Source: an uncultured Methanosarcinales archaeon (GTDB lineage: Archaea; Nanobdellota; Nanobdellia; Woesearchaeales; GW2011-AR15). Taken from it: DNA of 64,000 nucleotides. Where the stretch lies: NCBI GenBank assembly GCA_964441565.1, contig CAYTWW010000010.1:3637-67636 (forward strand), given 5' to 3'. This document shows positions 7,746 to 17,139 of this stretch, in pieces (the stretch's first letter is position 1; each line of letters opens with the position of its first letter). The notes beneath the pieces were generated by a model. That model was not told the DNA's origin. It did no database searches and worked only from the letters and a program-made list of their open reading frames with translations. The translations under genes were made by a program, and so were the position numbers.

Positions 7746-10504
7746 CTTATCAGCTCCAACTGCCAGCCATAATGCTGGAGGATCCCATCAAGATAGGTGC
7801 TCTTGTCTATGACAAGATTGCTTCCGTACTCATATTGATCTGTCTCCCCATAGTTCGTGGGCGCAGGGTCGCTTATGATGATCTCATCTTCGCTGTATCC
7901 ATGGATCACGAAATAATGCCCTCCTGAATATGTCCTCCCTGCTGTGTAATCGTTCCACTCCTGCATTATCGAGAGCTGGACAAGCACATTGCCTGAATCT
8001 ATGAGGCGCTTCAGGTTGTTCCAGTTGTATTCCTTGTTGACTGAGCGGGCATCGACCGTGGTCATGTCTTCTGTCGCCGATTCCAGTTCCCACATCGCTG
8101 CTCCGCTTGGTGGATTCCCGACAAAATCCCATATCCTGCCTATGTCTACACTCCTATCCGTGAGGCCTTCGAGTGCCATCTTCAGGGAAGTAGGACCGCA
8201 TGCAGAGCCAGGCATATACGACATTGTGTACTGGCAATAGTAAGGGATCTCGACAAGCACACTGTCCGGAGGACAGCTGGCCCTGCAGCAATTGTCCCCG
8301 CAGACCTGGTCTGGATAATAATCCTGCAGTTTCTGCTTGCCTGCCCCGCAATAGGAGCAAGTCTCACCTGAAGGCTGATGCCGTTCCTCATCTGGGCATA
8401 GCCTCTTCGCCCCCAGATATTTCTGCTGCCAGGACGGCGAGTCGAGCTGTTGGATGTTTATCGGATCCCCGGCATGTATGAACTGGCCACCGCCTATGTA
8501 CATCCCTACATGATTAGGCTTCCTTGTCGTCCATCCTGTATCGAAGAATATCAGATCACCTGGCTTTAGGACATTCATGTTCGGCATGATCGAGCCGACC
8601 TGGTCATGGTCTTTTGTAGGATCATGGTCTACGACCCTCCCATCATCCCTGGCCTGGACTCCGGCTGTCCTGTATGTGAGCTTGAAAGAGTCGTCACCAA
8701 TCTCTTCCGCATAGTGTGCGTATATCCACTTTGTGAAGGCGCCGCAGTCTGTCCCGCATTTGCCTGTCGCCTGCGTCATCGATGCATAGGTTGCGTGAGT
8801 GCAGCCCATGTCTGGATATTCTACGACGACTCCGGGGCAGCTGCCATACGCCGGAGGATCAGATGCCTCATCCCATTCTGCCGAGCCCAGGCAATAAGGA
8901 GAACCCAGCGCCGACTTGGCTATCTCGACAAGCCTGCTCCCGCAAGCTCCTCCATCCTCCAGGTCCTCCGGGCATTCGACTGTGCCTCCAGCCATGGCTG
9001 CGATAAGAGCTGATGTCTTGGCGTTGTCTGACTGGAAGAGCGAAAGGAAATCCTCTGCGATCGGCTTGAAAGCGTCTCCGTAGGAGTCGCCTCCGTTTAT
9101 CCTCTTACCTACTGTCCAGAAATCCCTCGCAGCGCAGAGATCGATAAGCCCTTTGTATTCATAGAATGCTGCGAATATCTTCCCCGCGAGAGCTGGCTCT
9201 AGGGCCTTTGAAGGAGGACAATCCTGGTTGAGGCATTGCCATTGCCCGTTGCAATCGCATTCATCCGGAGATGAAGAAAGACATTCTGCACCGCAGAACC
9301 TCTCATAAGCGTCCTTGTGCGTGATCTGGATGTATCCTCTTCCTTTATAGTCGCATCCTCCCTGGTAGGGGCTGCCTCTGCATGATCCGCCGACTGTGTA
9401 GGTGCATCCTGGGCCCATGCAGTAATCTCCGTATTCCTCGACTGGGAGGAAAGTGCCACCAACTTCCTTTGTGAGGGTTGCCATCACCGCTGCCAAGATC
9501 TCTGGCGTGACAGGGATGCCTTCCTCCCTGAAGCCTGCTCCGATAGATGCGAGCGCATCTGCAAGATTCTGATTCTTCTCTTCTGAATATGTGAAAAGCT
9601 CAGGGAATATGGAAGGTTCGACAGCTGATACAGGGATGCATTCCTCTTCCTCTGCAGAGCATGAGGTGCCGTCCCATCTCTTCCCAAGCGGGCAGCAGTG
9701 CCTGCTCTGGCAGATGAGATCAGATGCGCATTCTGCAGTGCAAATGCATTCTGATGCCTGGGGCAGCTCTGGCGATACTATGCACGATCCATCGCAGCAG
9801 CGCTCTGAGCCAGGGCATGCGCAATCGTCTCCTGTGCCACAGTTCTCAAGGAGGTGAGGTTCGCAGACACCATTCCCTTCATGGCAGTCGATATCATCTA
9901 TGCAGTCGGGGTCGCATATCGCATTCTCCTCGCCGCAATCAGGATCGCATATGCCATCCACATCCAGCCTGTTGTTTTTCAGATCATGGTTGGAGTCAGC
10001 GCAATATGGATTGCAGACTCCTTCGGCTCCCCCGCAGTCTGGATCGCATATGTGCTCGATCACACAGCCAGGATCGCAGGTACCATCGCCTGCCTTGCAA
10101 TCAGCCCGCTGGGCGATCATCACGCTGTTGCTGCTTGAGAATATCCTGATCTTACCTGAATCCTCCATATAGGAATATAGGATGTTGGCATTGGGGTGGA
10201 AGAAGGTCTTTGTGACTGAGATATCCCTCGTCGTCAGATTTAGTGTGAGAGTGCTGCCATTCATCTCCAATGTATATGATTCTGCGAAAGGTACTGTGAT
10301 CGTGTGGACAGCGTCGCTTGGGTATGTGAGGGATTTCTCGACAGCCAGCTTGACCTTGTCAAGAAGATACTCAGCCATCTCAAGCTCGGACTCCCTGCTC
10401 TGCCAGTTATGTATCCCTGAGAGACTTCCGATGACTATGCCTGATACTGCGAGGAGACCTATCAAGAGAACTATGTTAAGAACTGAAGCACCCCTCTTTT
10501 GCAT
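7742..10504 (-). CDS. 920-aa pilin-signal multidomain hydrolase: Cys/Asp repeats + GH19-like lysozyme/chitinase + NlpC/P60 + C39-like peptidase
   Basis: N-terminus MQKRG|ASVLNIVLLIGLLAVSG matches the archaeal class III (prepilin) signal motif. DGICDPDC repeats. ILAAVMATLTKEVGG...GRGYIQITHKDAYERF resembles the GH19 catalytic core. CGTDCGAFTKWIY...HVGMYIGGGQFIHAGDP is the NlpC/P60 Cys-His core. C-terminal YCQY...CGPTSLKMAL is a Peptidase_C39-like motif. Confidence 0.7.
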   Translation of the reverse strand: MQKRGASVLNIVLLIGLLAVSGIVIGSLSGIHNWQSRESELEMAEYLLDKVKLAVEKSLTYPSDAVHTITVPFAESYTLEMNGSTLTLNLTTRDISVTKTFFHPNANILYSYMEDSGKIRIFSSSNSVMIAQRADCKAGDGTCDPGCVIEHICDPDCGGAEGVCNPYCADSNHDLKNNRLDVDGICDPDCGEENAICDPDCIDDIDCHEGNGVCEPHLLENCGTGDDCACPGSERCCDGSCIVSPELPQASECICTAECASDLICQSRHCCPLGKRWDGTSCSAEEEECIPVSAVEPSIFPELFTYSEEKNQNLADALASIGAGFREEGIPVTPEILAAVMATLTKEVGGTFLPVEEYGDYCMGPGCTYTVGGSCRGSPYQGGCDYKGRGYIQITHKDAYERFCGAECLSSSPDECDCNGQWQCLNQDCPPSKALEPALAGKIFAAFYEYKGLIDLCAARDFWTVGKRINGGDSYGDAFKPIAEDFLSLFQSDNAKTSALIAAMAGGTVECPEDLEDGGACGSRLVEIAKSALGSPYCLGSAEWDEASDPPAYGSCPGVVVEYPDMGCTHATYASMTQATGKCGTDCGAFTKWIYAHYAEEIGDDSFKLTYRTAGVQARDDGRVVDHDPTKDHDQVGSIMPNMNVLKPGDLIFFDTGWTTRKPNHVGMYIGGGQFIHAGDPINIQQLDSPSWQQKYLGAKRLCPDEERHQPSGETCSYCGAGKQKLQDYYPDQVCGDNCCRASCPPDSVLVEIPYYCQYTMSYMPGSACGPTSLKMALEGLTDRSVDIGRIWDFVGNPPSGAAMWELESATEDMTTVDARSVNKEYNWNNLKRLIDSGNVLVQLSIMQEWNDYTAGRTYSGGHYFVIHGYSEDEIIISDPAPTNYGETDQYEYGSNLVIDKSTYLDGILQHYGWQLELIR

Positions 10505-10527
10505 CGACTAGAGACTTTGGTTTTGAG

Positions 10528-10538
10528 GTATATAAACC
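10528..10538 (-). promoter_or_regulatory. TATA box (TTTATATAC on the minus strand) about 30 nt upstream of the 920-aa gene start
   Basis: The minus strand reads aaaggTTTATATAcctcaaaacc...ATG. It is the only promoter-like element upstream of the six overlapping genes. Confidence 0.45.
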
Positions 10539-10767
10539 TTTTGGGCGTGGAGACTAAGGAATTGTTGAATGAGATAATTGGGGTGAATAAAGTCTTGCCA
10601 ATGCATTGGAGAGGTCACTCATACAAAACGCAATTCCTTTAAGCAATCTGCCTCCGGTCTGGCGCACATCTCGACTCCTGAGAATCAAAAACGTCCAATA
10701 TAAACAAGGCAGGTGCAGACAATAGCTTCGCTTGCTGACTCTGCCTTGTCCCGCTGCTTGCTCTGTT

Positions 10768-11838
10768 TCACACCTTCTCGCACACTATCACATTACCTTC
10801 GAACCTGAACTTCACTGGGAGGAACTGCTCGATAACGTAGATGTTTGAGCGCACGTGGTCTGTTATCTGTGAGATGCTGACACGGCAATCAGGGAACATG
10901 GCCATGACTGGGAGGATCTGATCTGCCATGTGGCGGTCGACGCATGCGCCGCTGTCTATCTCTTCGAGGAGCTGCTTTGCTGCTTCCTGGCCTACTGCTT
11001 CTGCACGCTTGCCTCTCTCCCCAAGAGAGTCAGCGCCAAGTATCGTCATCTCTTCATCATCTGCGAAGCCTGCCCAGAGGGTGATGCCTGAGCCTGTCGA
11101 CTGCGTGTCGCAGTGCTCGATCCTGATCTTCGCCGGGACGTCAAGTTGGCGAAGAATGAATCTCGCTGCCCTTGCCTGGCGTTCTGCGACCTCTGCTTTC
11201 ATCAGGTCCTTTGATGCGTGCGAGACACCGGATATCTCGACAAGCCTTCCTCTCTTTGTGAAGTCCATCTTCTTCCCTATCTTATCTGTGTCTTCAAAGA
11301 GCTTGTCGAAGGTCTCATAGTCCTTGTGATGGAACTTCGGGCGAAGGCGGAGCTTGACCTTCCCTCCGCCTGCTGGATAATAGCCACGTGCTTCGAGGAA
11401 GAGATCAGATTCGCAGTACCTTTTTGTGAAAGGGAGGAAGACATTCGTGAAATAGTCCATCTGGGGACTCCACTTAGTGTCTGTGCCGCCTCTTCCCTTG
11501 ATAACAACAAGATCACTGCCAAACATGCTCGGGAGGAATATGCTCTGGAACAACAGAGTGAGAGAGCCTGCTGTCTCAACGTCGATATTGAGGTTCTTCA
11601 CCTTCAAGGCCTTTGGGTAGAAATCAAGTGATGTGCTGCCAAGCTCAAGGCCGACAACATCTGCATCGCAGAGCTGGGCGCATGCCTTTCCTCCATAGAG
11701 ATGCTGGTGCTTGAGCCCTGGCTCCTTCCTCCCCTTCCTGATGTCAGTGGCAGTGAATGGCTTGCCTGTGAGGGTCGAGAGCGCGAGCGCTGTGCGGATG
11801 ATCTGTCCTCCTCCCTCCGAGCCATCGACATGGATCAT
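10768..11838 (-). CDS. rtcA: RNA 3'-terminal phosphate cyclase
   Basis: MIHVDGSEGGGQIIRTALALSTLTGKPF is the RtcA N-terminal signature. Length is 356 aa. Confidence 0.85.
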   Translation of the reverse strand: MIHVDGSEGGGQIIRTALALSTLTGKPFTATDIRKGRKEPGLKHQHLYGGKACAQLCDADVVGLELGSTSLDFYPKALKVKNLNIDVETAGSLTLLFQSIFLPSMFGSDLVVIKGRGGTDTKWSPQMDYFTNVFLPFTKRYCESDLFLEARGYYPAGGGKVKLRLRPKFHHKDYETFDKLFEDTDKIGKKMDFTKRGRLVEISGVSHASKDLMKAEVAERQARAARFILRQLDVPAKIRIEHCDTQSTGSGITLWAGFADDEEMTILGADSLGERGKRAEAVGQEAAKQLLEEIDSGACVDRHMADQILPVMAMFPDCRVSISQITDHVRSNIYVIEQFLPVKFRFEGNVIVCEKV

Positions 11839-12232
11839 GGATGGGAAGCAAGGGGATGAGGTATTTATTTGTTGGGGATGGACTAAGAAAATTCAACACA
11901 TCTACTCCCATTCCAGCACATAGTCTCACCGCAGTCACATCTTTCGATATTTACGGTAGGGCAGGCAGTCTTTTTTATAGTCAAAAAGAACTTGCTAATG
12001 AATTCAGTTGCCATGTTCATCAGGTTCAGGTCTCAACAGCAGCACTACAGGCAGGCCGACGGCCTCGTCAAATGACGAGTCCTACTCGACCTTGCGGTCT
12101 CGCCGGCGCCTGTGCTGCTGTTGAACCGTTGCACGACTTCTTTGCTTGAACCGTTTACATGCTCCTCCGCTTTAGTCCTCTGGCTTCAACTCTCCAACAT
12201 CTTTATATCCCTCCAGGTTTTCGTCCTGCATC

Positions 12233-12952
12233 ATGAAGACAGCGCTTCTCATGCATGGATTTCCCAGTCCTCCTCCTGATGACTGTGCGCTGTTCAGTTG
12301 CCTGAAGGAATACGATCTTGTCAGTCCGCCGATGTTCCCTCCGAGCCTCAGGTTCACGCTTGAGAACATGGAGAAGTATGTGCTCGACAAGCTCGCGGGG
12401 AGGAAGCCGGATGTGATCTTCGGGATATCCATGGGCGGGATACTTGCGCCGTACATCGCGAAGCGATTCCCGAGGAGCAGGCTGGTATTGATCGCGACTG
12501 CTCCGACTTTCAAGCCGGCAGGGAGGATGTCTGCTGGCTTCTGGCTTGTGAGGCATGGATTCCTGTTCATCCCCTACCAGGTCTGCAGGCTGGATGAGAA
12601 AGACCTGAAGAGTGTCGTTGTCCGCACAAGTCCGCTGTTCGGCACAAAGGTCAGCAAGGAATATGATTCAGAAGTTGATAGGAACCTGTGCCACATAAAG
12701 AAGTTCTCGTACAGGAAGCTTGATGAGCTTGTGAGATTCATCTCAACTGCTGATTCCTCATCCTGCCTGAGATCGCTTCCAAACAGGTCGCTCATACTCG
12801 CAGGGAAGAGGGATGTGCTGATGCCGGTCCCCCAGGCATCAAAGCTCAAATACCTGCTCAAGAACAGCGAGATAAGGTTCTATGATAGCGAGCACTTCGA
12901 CATACTTACCGAGGAATCAGCGAAGGATGTCAGGGAGTGGATGGGGAGGTAG
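12233..12952 (+). CDS. alpha/beta-hydrolase fold esterase
   Basis: GISMGG nucleophile elbow (GxSxG). Typical length of 239 aa. Confidence 0.6.
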   Translation: MKTALLMHGFPSPPPDDCALFSCLKEYDLVSPPMFPPSLRFTLENMEKYVLDKLAGRKPDVIFGISMGGILAPYIAKRFPRSRLVLIATAPTFKPAGRMSAGFWLVRHGFLFIPYQVCRLDEKDLKSVVVRTSPLFGTKVSKEYDSEVDRNLCHIKKFSYRKLDELVRFISTADSSSCLRSLPNRSLILAGKRDVLMPVPQASKLKYLLKNSEIRFYDSEHFDILTEESAKDVREWMGR

Positions 12953-13463
12953 GGGATTTAGGTTCTTTCACATTCAAAGCGTAGAAGCCCACACAGGGGT
13001 CTGATGCTGTATAAAGATAAAGCTGTGTATCATAATTAAATGGATGTTTCAACAGATCTCCTTTATAGTTTTTTGCGATAATAAATGGTTGGATGTTTAG
13101 ATTTGCTGAGAAGTTTCTTAGATCAATCAGAAATATGCCATTACATTGTTCTTGAAAATATATTCGATAGTGGTCTTCGGAAAGTTCCTTTACTTGAAGA
13201 GGCATAAATGTACCCAAATATTCTATACCCTTAAGTGAAGCCAGAGGAATTCTATTTTCAAAGTAAGAGTATTTTTCTGGGAACGAAATCCTCTTTCCAT
13301 TGATCTTTTGATGAAATTGACCACTTCCATGTCTGGAAAATGCAAGGTTATTTTGTAGAGTTGATAAACAGAAGTATACATCCGAAGAATCGTTAACAAC
13401 AAATTTGAATAGTTTCCAATACTTCTGACCATCAAAACCAATTAATCGAATTATGTGTTTCAT
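12930..13463 (-). CDS. hypothetical protein encoded in an AT-rich island
   Basis: A 177-aa ORF with no recognisable motif. Its DNA is about 33% GC against about 52% for the flanks. Confidence 0.45.
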   Translation of the reverse strand: MKHIIRLIGFDGQKYWKLFKFVVNDSSDVYFCLSTLQNNLAFSRHGSGQFHQKINGKRISFPEKYSYFENRIPLASLKGIEYLGTFMPLQVKELSEDHYRIYFQEQCNGIFLIDLRNFSANLNIQPFIIAKNYKGDLLKHPFNYDTQLYLYTASDPCVGFYALNVKEPKSPTSPSTP

Positions 13464-13517
13464 ATATCTACGCTACCTTTTTGTCATCCTCACAAAAAGG
13501 TAGCACCAAGAAAGAGG

Positions 13518-15407
13518 TCAATAACTCTTAGCCCAGTATGCCCAGTACTTCGCAGCTTTGCCGCACTTCACGCACTTGCCTTCTGCCTTGGGTGCGTCGA
13601 ATGGGATGCATAGGGCTTTCACTCCTACAGTCTCTGCTTTTATCTCTTCTTCGCATGCGCCATCTCCGCAATGCTGCGCGAAGATGAGCTTCTTCTCTGC
13701 TGCTGCGAACTGTTCCCAGGTGTCTGCCTTGACAATGGATTCATCCCTCATCTTCTTTGCTTTCTCGAGGAGGTTCTGCTGGATCGCTTCCAGAAGCGCT
13801 GGGATCTCCTTGCTAAGGGAAGCGAATGGTACAGGAACTTTCTCACCAGTGTCTCTTCTCACAATCATTACCTGGCCTTTCTCCATGTCTTTTGGACCGA
13901 TCTCGATCCTCAGAGGCACACCTTTGAGTTCCCACTCATTGAATTTCCAGCCTGATGAATAATCAAGGCGGTCATCGAGCTTGATGGATATTCCATGGAG
14001 CGAGTCCCTTATCTCCCTTGCTTTGGCGAGGACTGCATCTCTTGTGTTCTCGAAGATTATCGGGACGATGACTGCCTGGATAGGTGCTGCTCTTGGCGGC
14101 ATGATCAATCCTTTATCATCGCCGTGCATGAGGATCATGGCGCCTATTGACCTTGTGCTATAGCCCCATGAGTTCTGGTACGGGTGCTTCTTCTGGCCAT
14201 CCTTGTCCAGGAACGAGATGCCGAAGCTCTTGGCGAAGTTCTGGCCGAGCATGTGGGATGTGCCTCCCTGGAGAGCCTTGCCTTGCGGCAGCATGATCTC
14301 GACAGTGGTCGTGTAATCTGCGCCTGCGAACTTCTCCTTCATCGTCTTTGTGCCTTTGATGACAGGCACAGCGAGAAGCTCTTCATAGCATTCTGCGTAG
14401 TAGCCGAGCATCTCACGGACTTCTGCATCTGCCTCCTCCTTTGTGGAGAAGACTGTGTGACCTTCCTGCCAGAGGAATTCCCTGGTCCTGAGGAATGGGA
14501 CTGCGTACTTGAATTCCCAGCGCACTGCATTGCACCACTGGTTCAGCCTGAGAGGAAGATCGTTATGAGAGCGGATCCATTTGCTGTAGGAATCATACAT
14601 GATGGTCTCAGATGTCGGGCGGACAGCGAGCTTCTCTGTGAGCTTCGTGTCGCCTCCATGAGTCACCCATGCGACTTCTGGGGAGAATCCTGCGACATGC
14701 TCCTTCTCCTTTGTGAGGAGGGATTCTGGGATGAAAATCGGGAAGTATGCGTTCTTGACTCCAGATGCCCTGAATCTTGCGTCGAGGAAATCATGTATCT
14801 TCTCCCAGATAGCGTATGAGTATGGGCGAAAGACTATGCAGCCTGATATCCTTGTGTAGTCTGCGAGCTCTGCCTTCTGGATGACCTGGGTGTACCACTC
14901 GCTCGTGTTCTCTTCCTTTCCTACACTGAGGCCGAGAGTGTTCTTCTTCTGCTCCTTCTTCTCCTCGAAATCAACTATCTCTGGGACTGCGAGACCGACA
15001 AGCTCTTCTGCATCCATCTGGATAGTCTTTGTGAGGGATGCTGAGAAGCATATGCTCTTCTGCTTCAACAGCTGCCTGTCATAGACAAGCTTTCCGCCTG
15101 TGAAGCCGAAAGGAGGGACTGCTCCTGGCTCTGCGCCTGTTACTTTTCGGACTTCATCAAGGGATGCGAGCGAGAGCTTCATGTCGAGGAGCTTCTCAAG
15201 CTTCTGCCTGTTCATGCTCCTGTCGCCAGGACCGACCGCTAGGATGAACTGTCCGTCATCTGACTTGAAGAGCATGGATTTCGCGATCTGCTTCTCGTCG
15301 CAACCGCATTCCTTTGCCTGCTCCTTGCATGTCCTGACTTCTGCATGCTCCATGAGCTTGTATGTCGCCTTGTTATCATCGAGGAAATGTATCATGTCCA
15401 TCTTCAT
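13518..15407 (-). CDS. proS: prolyl-tRNA synthetase, archaeal/eukaryal class II type, with N-terminal YbaK/ProX-like deacylase domain
   Basis: The first ~150 aa resemble YbaK/ProX (ILAVGPGDRSMNRQKLEKLL...GAVPPFGF). The remainder is archaeal-type ProRS. It overlaps proC by 4 nt. Confidence 0.85.
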   Translation of the reverse strand: MKMDMIHFLDDNKATYKLMEHAEVRTCKEQAKECGCDEKQIAKSMLFKSDDGQFILAVGPGDRSMNRQKLEKLLDMKLSLASLDEVRKVTGAEPGAVPPFGFTGGKLVYDRQLLKQKSICFSASLTKTIQMDAEELVGLAVPEIVDFEEKKEQKKNTLGLSVGKEENTSEWYTQVIQKAELADYTRISGCIVFRPYSYAIWEKIHDFLDARFRASGVKNAYFPIFIPESLLTKEKEHVAGFSPEVAWVTHGGDTKLTEKLAVRPTSETIMYDSYSKWIRSHNDLPLRLNQWCNAVRWEFKYAVPFLRTREFLWQEGHTVFSTKEEADAEVREMLGYYAECYEELLAVPVIKGTKTMKEKFAGADYTTTVEIMLPQGKALQGGTSHMLGQNFAKSFGISFLDKDGQKKHPYQNSWGYSTRSIGAMILMHGDDKGLIMPPRAAPIQAVIVPIIFENTRDAVLAKAREIRDSLHGISIKLDDRLDYSSGWKFNEWELKGVPLRIEIGPKDMEKGQVMIVRRDTGEKVPVPFASLSKEIPALLEAIQQNLLEKAKKMRDESIVKADTWEQFAAAEKKLIFAQHCGDGACEEEIKAETVGVKALCIPFDAPKAEGKCVKCGKAAKYWAYWAKSY

Positions 15408-16174
15408 CTACCTAGTTCTTTGCTTCTTTTGACTGCTGCTTCGATAGTATCGTGAATTATGTCTTTGATGTCCGAGGATTCGAGGACTGCCCGGCCTGCG
15501 ACAGTCGTGCCGTTTGGTGAGCTGACCATCTTTATGAGCTCTTCTGGCTGCATGCCTGTATCCTTCAACAGGGCTGCTGTCCCAATGAATGTCTGGATCG
15601 ATAAGCTCAAGGAGACATCTGGGTCAAGCCCCTGAGCGATACCTGCCTGGGCGAAATGCTCGATAAGCCTGGCGACGAAGGCAGGTCCAGAGCCTGAGAC
15701 GCCAGTGACTGCATCCAGCTGGCTCTCGGGAAGCTTGACAAGGAGACCTGCTCTGCCAAGGAGCTTCTCGACAAGAGCTGCGTCCTCCTCAGTCGCCTTT
15801 CTTCCGAAGGAGTAGCCTGCGGCCATCTCTCCGACAAGGCAGGGAGTGTTCGGCATGACTCGCACGACACGCGCCTCTTCCAGCACTGACTCAATCTTAG
15901 TTATCCTGATGCCTGCTGCGATCGAGATGACAAGGGCATGGGTTCCCTCGATCTCATGGAGGACATTCTCGAAATCCTGCGGCTTGACTGCGAGGATGAT
16001 GACATCAGCGCTCTCGCCGATATGCTTCAGGCTGCTTCCCCTGCAGCCGTATCTGTCGATTATCTCCTGCTGCCTCTCCTGCGATTTCTCGCAGACAATC
16101 ACATCTGCCTGGCCTGCGATGGCCTTGAGGAGAGCTTCCCCCATCTTTCCTGCGCCTATGAGTCCGAGTATCAT
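15404..16174 (-). CDS. proC: pyrroline-5-carboxylate reductase
   Basis: MILGLIGAGKMGEAL Rossmann N-terminus. Length 256 aa with ProC-like conservation. Confidence 0.85.
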   Translation of the reverse strand: MILGLIGAGKMGEALLKAIAGQADVIVCEKSQERQQEIIDRYGCRGSSLKHIGESADVIILAVKPQDFENVLHEIEGTHALVISIAAGIRITKIESVLEEARVVRVMPNTPCLVGEMAAGYSFGRKATEEDAALVEKLLGRAGLLVKLPESQLDAVTGVSGSGPAFVARLIEHFAQAGIAQGLDPDVSLSLSIQTFIGTAALLKDTGMQPEELIKMVSSPNGTTVAGRAVLESSDIKDIIHDTIEAAVKRSKELGR

Positions 16175-16363
16175 ATTGAATATGGGACTGCTGGGACTTT
16201 CACGAGTCCTGATCCTCAGGCACTCTTTTGAACCCAGATCTTGGAGTCCCGAACCCCAAGTGATATCCCTCCGGCAGAAGCTGCCTGCTCATGCCGTCCA
16301 AGTTACACTACAGCCCCTTGTCCTATTTGAGAAACAGGGGCATAATAAAAATCTTTGTGGTCA

Positions 16364-17053
16364 TCAGAAAAATGAGCAGGAACTAATGAAGGTTGAGTAC
16401 CCTTCTCTTATCTCTGAAGGCAGCCTGGCTGTCAATATCGATGGGCTCTCTACAGAGAAACCGAATGCCGGCACTGGCAAACCTGCCTGGAGCGCATCTG
16501 AGTGCAGGGAGATGTAGGCGTGCATAGCTTCAAGGATGATCCTTGGCTGGTAGAACATTGGAAGCTCATCAAGCTCAGCCTTAGGGAGGAATGCTGCACT
16601 TGAATGCTCGTTGCATGGCGAGAGGTCTGCGCATCTGGCTACTGCCAGAGCCTGGCATACATGCTTGTCCTGGAGCCCTCCTCCAGGATGTATGTGGTTC
16701 CTGATATGATAACCAGTTGATACATCCCAATATATCTTCATATCAAGCTGTCCTGTCTCTTCGATCGCTTCCCTGTATGCTGCTTCACGAATGCTTTCTG
16801 TCCTCAGTCCGCATGAATCATATGCTAGAGGTCCGCAGAGGAGTTCAATTCCCTGCTTCCTCGCTCTATCTATGAAAGCCATCTCCTCGGCATCCACCCT
16901 GTCCACCAGCCCCTTTGGCCCTATCTCATAGTACCTTCCATTGTCGAAACCGAGGGCCAGGTAGAGAGGTCCATCTCCTGTGAAGCCGACGATAAAAAGA
17001 CCTGAGCTTTTCACGACAGGAGGACTACCTGGGAACACGCAGACATGACGCAT
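16364..17053 (-). CDS. NUDIX hydrolase (start taken at internal Met MRHV)
   Basis: ESIREAAYREAIEETGQ fits the Nudix box GX5EX7REUXEEXGU. Confidence 0.6.
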   Translation of the reverse strand: MRHVCVFPGSPPVVKSSGLFIVGFTGDGPLYLALGFDNGRYYEIGPKGLVDRVDAEEMAFIDRARKQGIELLCGPLAYDSCGLRTESIREAAYREAIEETGQLDMKIYWDVSTGYHIRNHIHPGGGLQDKHVCQALAVARCADLSPCNEHSSAAFLPKAELDELPMFYQPRIILEAMHAYISLHSDALQAGLPVPAFGFSVESPSILTARLPSEIREGYSTFISSCSFF

Positions 17054-17139
17054 CGCAAGCAGGCGAATGGAGATATATTTATGCTTTTCCAGAAAACCAT
17101 TCGGCAAGCTTTTTATTAGGATGAAGATTCCACTCGTCT

